Origin: Methanofastidiosum sp.
GTDB lineage: Archaea; Methanobacteriota_B; Thermococci; Methanofastidiosales; Methanofastidiosaceae
Reading direction: 5' to 3'
DNA: 64,000 nucleotides
Assembly: GCA_040771805.1 (NCBI GenBank)
Contig: JAXGZJ010000001.1
Location: forward strand, 1,359,961-1,423,960
Shown here piece by piece: positions 58,342 to 64,000 of this stretch. The position numbers and the translations under genes are program-made. Position 1 is the stretch's first letter. Every line of letters starts with the position of its first letter. A model generated the notes under the pieces. It saw nothing but the letters and a program-made list of their open reading frames with translations, did not search any database and had not been told where the DNA came from.

Positions 58342-59670
58342 ATGTATGTAATAGTCGTAGGTGGCGGCCTTACAGGATTCAATATTGCAAAACTCCTTAT
58401 AGAAGAAGGCATTGGGGTAGTTGTTATTGAAAAGGATCTTACAAGATGTCAAGAAATATCAAAGAAGATAGATGCTCTTGTAATACAGGGTAATGGCTCG
58501 AATCCTAAAGTACTCGCTGAGGCTGGCGTGAAGGATGCGGATCTTTTAGTTGCAGTTACCAATTCTTCTGAGGTTAATCTAATATCTTGTATAACGGCAA
58601 AAAATCTTGGTGCAGTAAAAACTGTTGCTAAGATTGCAATTGAGTATACATTCGCTGAAAATATTGATTTAACTAAAGTTGGAGTAGATTACTCTTTCTC
58701 TCCTGGCACCATTATAGCTTATGATGTGGAAAGAATATTAGAACTTCCAAGTGCACTTGCTATCCAAGCTTTAGCAGATGGAAAGGTAACTATGGCAGAG
58801 TTTTTAATTAAGAATGATTCTAAATATATTGGCAGAGCTCTAAAGGAAAACATATTTCCAGAAGGCTCTATAATTGGTGCTGTCATAAAAGGAGAATACA
58901 CAATAATCCCTACAGGAGAGTATGTTTTTGAAGAGGGGGATAAAGTATTCATACTTGGTAAACCAAAGCTAGTTGAAAGTATTATAGAAAAATGTAGCGA
59001 GTGTCAAAGGATAAGGAAGGTAATGATAATTGGTGCAAGTAACACTGCGGTGCAACTTGCAAAAATGCTTGAAAGAAGTATGTCTGTTAAACTGATTGAT
59101 AATGATACAAAAAGATGTGAAGAAATATCTAAAATCCTACAAAAAACGCTTGTTATCAACGGGAATATAATGGACCTTTCCTTATTGAAGGATGAAGGAA
59201 TTGGAGATGTCGATGCTTTTATCTCTTTAACTAAATACGACCAATTGAATTTATTTTCTTGCCTTATAGGAAAGTATTTAGGCGCTTCAAAAACCATTTC
59301 GAGAGTCGAAAATCTTGAACTCATTAGATTTTTTGAAGATATGGGAATAGACATTGCTCTAAGTCCAAAAATTTCAGCTGCAGAACATGTTATGCGTTTT
59401 ATTAGAATGGGTGGACTTAAATCACTTATAATACTTCCAACAGGGCAAGCAGAAATTATAGAACTATTACCCACTAAAAATGCAAAGATACTTGGAAAGA
59501 CTTTAAGGGACATCACTTTACCGGAAGAAATTCTGTTTTTAATTATTGTAAGAGATAACAAGCTTATTATTCCAAGAGGGGACGATATAGTTCAAATTGG
59601 TGATAAAGTTATTATATCTGCAAAGGTAGAAAAAATTAAAAAAATAAGAGAATTATTCGGCCAATATTAA
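58342..59670 (+). CDS. trkA: Trk potassium uptake protein TrkA (two RCK/NAD-binding domains)
   Basis: 442 aa. It reads MYVIVVGGGLTGFNIAKLL and has a second MIIGASNTAVQLAKML Rossmann motif. Confidence 0.85.
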   Translation: MYVIVVGGGLTGFNIAKLLIEEGIGVVVIEKDLTRCQEISKKIDALVIQGNGSNPKVLAEAGVKDADLLVAVTNSSEVNLISCITAKNLGAVKTVAKIAIEYTFAENIDLTKVGVDYSFSPGTIIAYDVERILELPSALAIQALADGKVTMAEFLIKNDSKYIGRALKENIFPEGSIIGAVIKGEYTIIPTGEYVFEEGDKVFILGKPKLVESIIEKCSECQRIRKVMIIGASNTAVQLAKMLERSMSVKLIDNDTKRCEEISKILQKTLVINGNIMDLSLLKDEGIGDVDAFISLTKYDQLNLFSCLIGKYLGASKTISRVENLELIRFFEDMGIDIALSPKISAAEHVMRFIRMGGLKSLIILPTGQAEIIELLPTKNAKILGKTLRDITLPEEILFLIIVRDNKLIIPRGDDIVQIGDKVIISAKVEKIKKIRELFGQY

Positions 59671-59675
59671 TTATT

Positions 59676-60062
59676 TTATTTTTTATTTTTATATGCAACG
59701 CAGGATATTTCGATATCCGAATTTTTAGGTAATTTTGATACTTCTACTGTGACTCTAGATGGTTTTATTTCACAAGAAAAAAATCTCGCATAGGTTTTAT
59801 TAAATTTATCAAAGTTATCCAAATTTTTAAGATATACCTCTGATTTTATAACGTCTTGAAGTGAAAGATTTTCTTCTTTTAAAATCGATTCAATATTCTC
59901 TAAAACTACCTCTGTAGCTTTTTCAATATCATTTAGGACAATCTCCCCAGATTTTAAAATTGGAAGTTGTCCTGAAATAAATACAAGATCTCCCGCAACT
60001 ATGCCTTGGGAATAAGGCCCAACAGGAGCGGGTGCATTTTTAGATTCTAATTTCTTGATCAT
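59676..60062 (-). CDS. ridA: RidA/YjgF/L-PSP family protein
   Basis: 128 aa. It reads APAPVGPYSQGIVAGDLVFISGQ...PSRVTVEVSKLPKNSDIEI. Confidence 0.8.
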   Translation of the reverse strand: MIKKLESKNAPAPVGPYSQGIVAGDLVFISGQLPILKSGEIVLNDIEKATEVVLENIESILKEENLSLQDVIKSEVYLKNLDNFDKFNKTYARFFSCEIKPSRVTVEVSKLPKNSDIEISCVAYKNKK

Positions 60063-60301
60063 ATTTACCCCTAACCTAAGTAATTCAATAATAGATAAAT
60101 ATACTTATTAAACTATTCGTATAGGGTTAATTTAAAGTTTTATAAAAAATCACCTGAAAAGGAGAAGAATTAAAAAGTGAATAGACATGCCAAAATTTTA
60201 GATATTTCTAATTATAAAAAAAATAGAGGCATTATTACCCATATAAATTCAATTTTTTTAAATAATTTTATAAATAAAACAACAGTAACTAATTAGATTA
60301 A

Positions 60302-61735
60302 ATGAGGCTAAATCCAGTTTTACATATACTTGGACAATTACTACAAGTAGTAAGCATCTCAATGATACTCCCATTGCTATGCGGGATCTACTATCATGAA
60401 AATGAATCATACATATTCTTACTCTGCATTTTAATAACTTTAATTGCAGGAACTTCATTGAAGTTATTATTCAAAGAAGAAAATATACGCCTCATTGAAG
60501 GTTTTAGTGTCGTTTCTTTTTGTTGGATAATAATACCAATTTTTGGATCACTACCACTTTACCTCTCGGGCAATATTAGTTTTATTGATGCCTACTTTGA
60601 AACTATATCAGGATTTACAACTACAGGGGCTTCTGTTATTAGTAATGTTGAAATATTGCCAAAATGTATTTTATTTTGGAGATCCTTTACAATATGGTTG
60701 GGTGGTATTGGAATAGTTGTTCTTGCACTGGTAATATTGCCCGCACTTTCAGTTGGAGGCAGACAAATTTTTCTACCAGAGCAATCCGGACCAAAATTGG
60801 ATAAATTGAAACCTCAGGTTAGAGAGGTTGGGAAAATTATCTATGGAGTATATATTTTTTTTACCTGTGCCCAGATTTTTCTATTAGTTTTGTCAGGTAT
60901 GAATCTATTTGATGCATCATGCCACTCTTTTGGTGCTCTTGGAACAGGGGGATTTTCAACTAAGAATACTAGTATTGGATTTTATAATAGTTTAAAAATA
61001 GAAAGTGTAATAATTTTATTCATGTTTTTAGGTGCAACAAGTTTCTCTTTGCATTATACGGCATTGAGGGGAAAAATAACTTATTTAAAAGATAGTGAAT
61101 TTGTGTTATACCTATCTATTTTGGCCTTTTCCATACTACTTGTAACATTAGACATTAGCTATCAATTACATGAAAATCTTTCAGTTGCATTTAGGCATGC
61201 TATTTTCAATGTAGTGAGCATATCAAGTACTACAGGATATGCAACGACAGATTTTAATTTATGGCCAGACTTTTCAAAGCTGATTCTTATCATTCTTATG
61301 TTAATTGGGGGGTGTGCAGGAGGAACTGCAGGAGCTATTAAAGTTGTAAGAATACTATTATTGGTAAAAGTGAGCTTAAGAGAACTCTATAAAATTATAC
61401 ATCCAAATGCAATATTTCAGATTAAATTAAATGGAAAAATTATCCCCGAAGATATCCTTCAGGGAGTAGGCGGATTTTATTTTTTGTATATGATAACTTT
61501 TGGGTTGTGCAGCCTAATTATGCTTGCATTTGGAAATGATCTTCTCACATCTATATCTTCAGTTGCTACTACTTTGGGAGGGGTAGGTCCAGGGCTAAGC
61601 TTAGTTGGGCCTATGGCCACGTATGGTTTCTTACCGTCAATACCAAAACTTGTATTGTGTTTTTGTATGCTAGCCGGCAGATTAGAATTAATTACTCTGT
61701 TTGCATTATTTATTCCAAGTTATTGGAAAGAATAA
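60302..61735 (+). CDS. trkH: Trk-type K+ transporter membrane subunit TrkH (copy 1)
   Basis: 477 aa, polytopic, with selectivity-filter-like GFTTTG/GGFSTKN/TTGY/GGVGPG motifs. Confidence 0.8.
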   Translation: MRLNPVLHILGQLLQVVSISMILPLLCGIYYHENESYIFLLCILITLIAGTSLKLLFKEENIRLIEGFSVVSFCWIIIPIFGSLPLYLSGNISFIDAYFETISGFTTTGASVISNVEILPKCILFWRSFTIWLGGIGIVVLALVILPALSVGGRQIFLPEQSGPKLDKLKPQVREVGKIIYGVYIFFTCAQIFLLVLSGMNLFDASCHSFGALGTGGFSTKNTSIGFYNSLKIESVIILFMFLGATSFSLHYTALRGKITYLKDSEFVLYLSILAFSILLVTLDISYQLHENLSVAFRHAIFNVVSISSTTGYATTDFNLWPDFSKLILIILMLIGGCAGGTAGAIKVVRILLLVKVSLRELYKIIHPNAIFQIKLNGKIIPEDILQGVGGFYFLYMITFGLCSLIMLAFGNDLLTSISSVATTLGGVGPGLSLVGPMATYGFLPSIPKLVLCFCMLAGRLELITLFALFIPSYWKE

Positions 61736-61793
61736 GTTTAATAAATTATTGGATTAAAAAAAACTAAGTCTTTAACTTCATTGGGGTCCATCT

Positions 61794-63230
61794 ATGCGAA
61801 GTAAAATTGTATTAAATATTATTGGAAATCTCCTTATGATGATAGGTATTTCAATGATATTTCCCCTAATATGGGCATTTTACTATAGAGAAAAAGAGAT
61901 AATTGTGTTTATTATTTCTATCATTGCTACTTTTTTATCAGGATTTGTATTAAGTGAAATAAAAAGTCAGGACGAAGGATTAAGACTTATAGAAGGTTTA
62001 GGTGTTGTATCCCTGGGGTGGGCAGCATTTTCAGCGTTTGGTGCACTTCCATTTTTTCTCTCTGGAACTTTAGGATATCTTGATGCCTATTTTGAAACTA
62101 TGTCCGGATTCACTACAACAGGCGCTACAGTCATCCAAAATATTGATATTTTACCTAAATCAATAATTTTTTGGAGAGCAATGACCCAATGGATTGGGGG
62201 AATGGGAATTATAGTACTTGCAGTTGCAATCCTTCCTGCCCTTTCAATAGGAGGTATGCAATTATTTAATGCAGAATCCCCGGGCCCCAAAATAGATAAA
62301 TTAAAGCCACAAGTAAGAGATACTGCAAAGATCCTTTATGGAGTATATCTTATTTTTACCGCTGTAGAGATAATTCTTTTAATAATTGGAGGAATGGGAT
62401 TTTTTGACGCTTCATGCTATACTTTCTCCACACTTGCGACCGGAGGATTTTCAACTAAGAATTTAAGTGTCGCGTATTATAATAATCCATTTATTGAAGG
62501 TGTTATAATTTTATTCATGTATGTATCTGGGGCAAATTTTATGTTACACTATGCAGCATTAAAAGGGAAAATAGAATATTTTAAAAATAAAGAATTCTTA
62601 TTTTATTCAGCAATTATAACAAGTTCAATTATTATTATAGCTGCTGATTTAAGATATAGTGTTTATACTAATATAATTGATGCCATAAGGTATTCTTCTT
62701 TTCAAGTTGTCAGTATAATAACAACAACAGGATTTGTTTCAAGTAATTTTGATGCCTATCCCGCTCTTTCAAGAATGATACTACTACTTCTCATGTTCAT
62801 TGGTGGCTGCGCTTGTTCAACTGGAGGAGGTATTAAGAATATAAGAATATTAATACTCTTAAAATACTTTTATAGGGAAATATATCAATTTATACATCCA
62901 AATGCAATTTTAGCAATAAAAGTTGGAGAAGATACAATTTCTGACGACGTTATAAAGGGAATAATGGGATTTTTTATAGGATATATATCCATTTTTATTA
63001 TAGCAACGGTGCTTGTTACCTCTTATGGAATTGATTTAATAACGTCAATTTCTAGTGTGGCTACAACGTTAGGTAATGTTGGCCCAGGTATGGGATTAGT
63101 AGGTCCAATGTACACTTTTTCATTTTTACCTAATTTTGTTAAAATAGTCTTAACATTTTGCATGTGGGCCGGAAGATTAGAAATATTTTCGGTGATGATA
63201 CTTTTTATGCCTGATTTTTGGAAAGAATAA
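61794..63230 (+). CDS. trkH: Trk-type K+ transporter membrane subunit TrkH (copy 2, paralog of the preceding gene)
   Basis: 478 aa. It is collinear in sequence with copy 1 (GFTTTGATV, GGFSTKN, TTGF, GNVGPG). Confidence 0.8.
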   Translation: MRSKIVLNIIGNLLMMIGISMIFPLIWAFYYREKEIIVFIISIIATFLSGFVLSEIKSQDEGLRLIEGLGVVSLGWAAFSAFGALPFFLSGTLGYLDAYFETMSGFTTTGATVIQNIDILPKSIIFWRAMTQWIGGMGIIVLAVAILPALSIGGMQLFNAESPGPKIDKLKPQVRDTAKILYGVYLIFTAVEIILLIIGGMGFFDASCYTFSTLATGGFSTKNLSVAYYNNPFIEGVIILFMYVSGANFMLHYAALKGKIEYFKNKEFLFYSAIITSSIIIIAADLRYSVYTNIIDAIRYSSFQVVSIITTTGFVSSNFDAYPALSRMILLLLMFIGGCACSTGGGIKNIRILILLKYFYREIYQFIHPNAILAIKVGEDTISDDVIKGIMGFFIGYISIFIIATVLVTSYGIDLITSISSVATTLGNVGPGMGLVGPMYTFSFLPNFVKIVLTFCMWAGRLEIFSVMILFMPDFWKE

Positions 63231-63233
63231 AAA

Positions 63234-64000
63234 TTAAATTAATTCTCTTTCAACAAGATTTATGGCTTCATCTATTTTTTTCTTTAAAGCGATGGGCAGC
63301 CCCTTAATCTCTATATCTAAAAAGCCCCTAACTATTGCAGCAGTTGCTTCATCTCTTGTAAATCCCCTAGACATTAAATAAAAGATTTCTTCTTCAGCAA
63401 TCTTCCCAATTGCTGCTTCATGGCTTAAATCAACATTTGGATGTTTTGCTTCTAATTCAGGAATTGCAATTATACTGCCTTGTTCAGATAACATCATCCC
63501 CATGCACTCTAAATGTCCTTTTGCATCTGGGGAATCTCCAACTATATCCCCTCTAGAATAAATAGTTCCTCCTTTGCTGATAGCCCTAGAAAGGATTTCT
63601 GCACTAGATCCTTTTCCTTTAATTATAACACGGCTTCCTGTGTCAACTATTGAATTATCCATGGCCACAATAATGCTGCTCATTATGGCAGTTGAGTTAT
63701 CTCCATTTAAGTGAACTGTTGGATATGATTGGACTATTTTAACAGGATTCATGATAATATAGTTACTTATGTAGATTCCACCATCTTCAACAATTGCCGC
63801 GCTTCTTGGCCTTACCTCAATATTAGTTTCCCAATTGTGGATCATAGTGAATGACAATTTAGCATTCTTTTTTACATAAAACTCTGAAATACCTAAATGC
63901 ATACCTGTTGTAAGACCAGGATGAGATGCACATCCAGATATTATATTTAATTCAGAATTTTCTTCGGCGATAATAATATTATGAACTTTCTGTTTTTTAG
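63234..64000 (-). CDS. sufB: Fe-S cluster assembly protein SufB/SufD family, C-terminal part. The gene continues past the window end.
   Basis: It reads ...GHLECMGMMLSEQGSIIAIPELEAKHPNVDLSHEAAIGKIAEEEIFYLMSRGFTRDEA, a SufB/D signature. The ORF is open to nt 64000. Confidence 0.7.
   Translation of the reverse strand, partial: KKQKVHNIIIAEENSELNIISGCASHPGLTTGMHLGISEFYVKKNAKLSFTMIHNWETNIEVRPRSAAIVEDGGIYISNYIIMNPVKIVQSYPTVHLNGDNSTAIMSSIIVAMDNSIVDTGSRVIIKGKGSSAEILSRAISKGGTIYSRGDIVGDSPDAKGHLECMGMMLSEQGSIIAIPELEAKHPNVDLSHEAAIGKIAEEEIFYLMSRGFTRDEATAAIVRGFLDIEIKGLPIALKKKIDEAINLVERELI

Noticed and set aside
59004-59561. Minus-strand 185 aa ORF
   Set aside because: It is antisense to trkA.
1-64000. CRISPR arrays and rRNA genes
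   Set aside because: No regularly spaced short direct repeats with unique spacers were seen. No rRNA-like GC-rich long segments were seen. The only tandem repeats are protein-coding (SBBP, PQQ and TPR repeats).

Overview
AT-rich (~30% GC) archaeal chromosome segment (Euryarchaeota-like). The informational genes are archaeal: Orc1/Cdc6, PAN, Hef, RpoN, L18e, S17e, MBF1, archease, XerA-like recombinase, class V FBP aldolase/phosphatase. The gene-level content is mostly housekeeping. Present are argD-argJ, adk, isopentenyl phosphate kinase, pyruvate kinase, a ribosomal cluster S2/enolase-like/tRNA-Pro/RpoN/S9/L13/L18e, S17e, SurE, Orc1/Cdc6 next to a ~700 bp AT-rich candidate origin, PAN, MBF1, TruD, TrkA plus two TrkH paralogs, and partial NAC-alpha and SufB/D genes at the window edges. 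The most striking feature is a ~10.3 kb integrated mobile element at 17830-28103. It is inserted at the 3' end of tRNA-Leu(TAG) and flanked by 56 bp direct repeats that copy the tRNA 3' half. It carries two paralogous tyrosine integrases, a 663 aa ORF that may be a replication protein, a PD-(D/E)XK/NERD-like nuclease, several membrane/TPR proteins of unknown function, and a G-rich repeat/hairpin cluster near one end. Eight further observations deserve a second look. (1) An SBBP beta-propeller repeat surface-protein gene built from near-identical tandem repeats is broken by a 1 nt deletion in a G-run. (2) A GC-enriched ~400 nt segment shows no protein-like coding signal and may be a structured ncRNA. 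(3) A truncated enolase-like gene (N-terminal domain only) sits in the conserved r-protein cluster, with tRNA-Pro where rpoK normally lies. (4) An 825 aa HerA/DUF853-like ATPase carries a long coiled-coil tail. (5) A radical-SAM/HhH DNA-repair-type protein stands without its usual partner. (6) An Fpg/Nei homolog lacks the canonical N-terminal proline. (7) A Zn-ribbon/J-domain protein is present. (8) A 12 bp perfect inverted repeat lies in the lplA/hef divergent promoter. No CRISPR array and no rRNA were seen. All calls rest on motif recognition by eye and the supplied ORF track; no searches were run.
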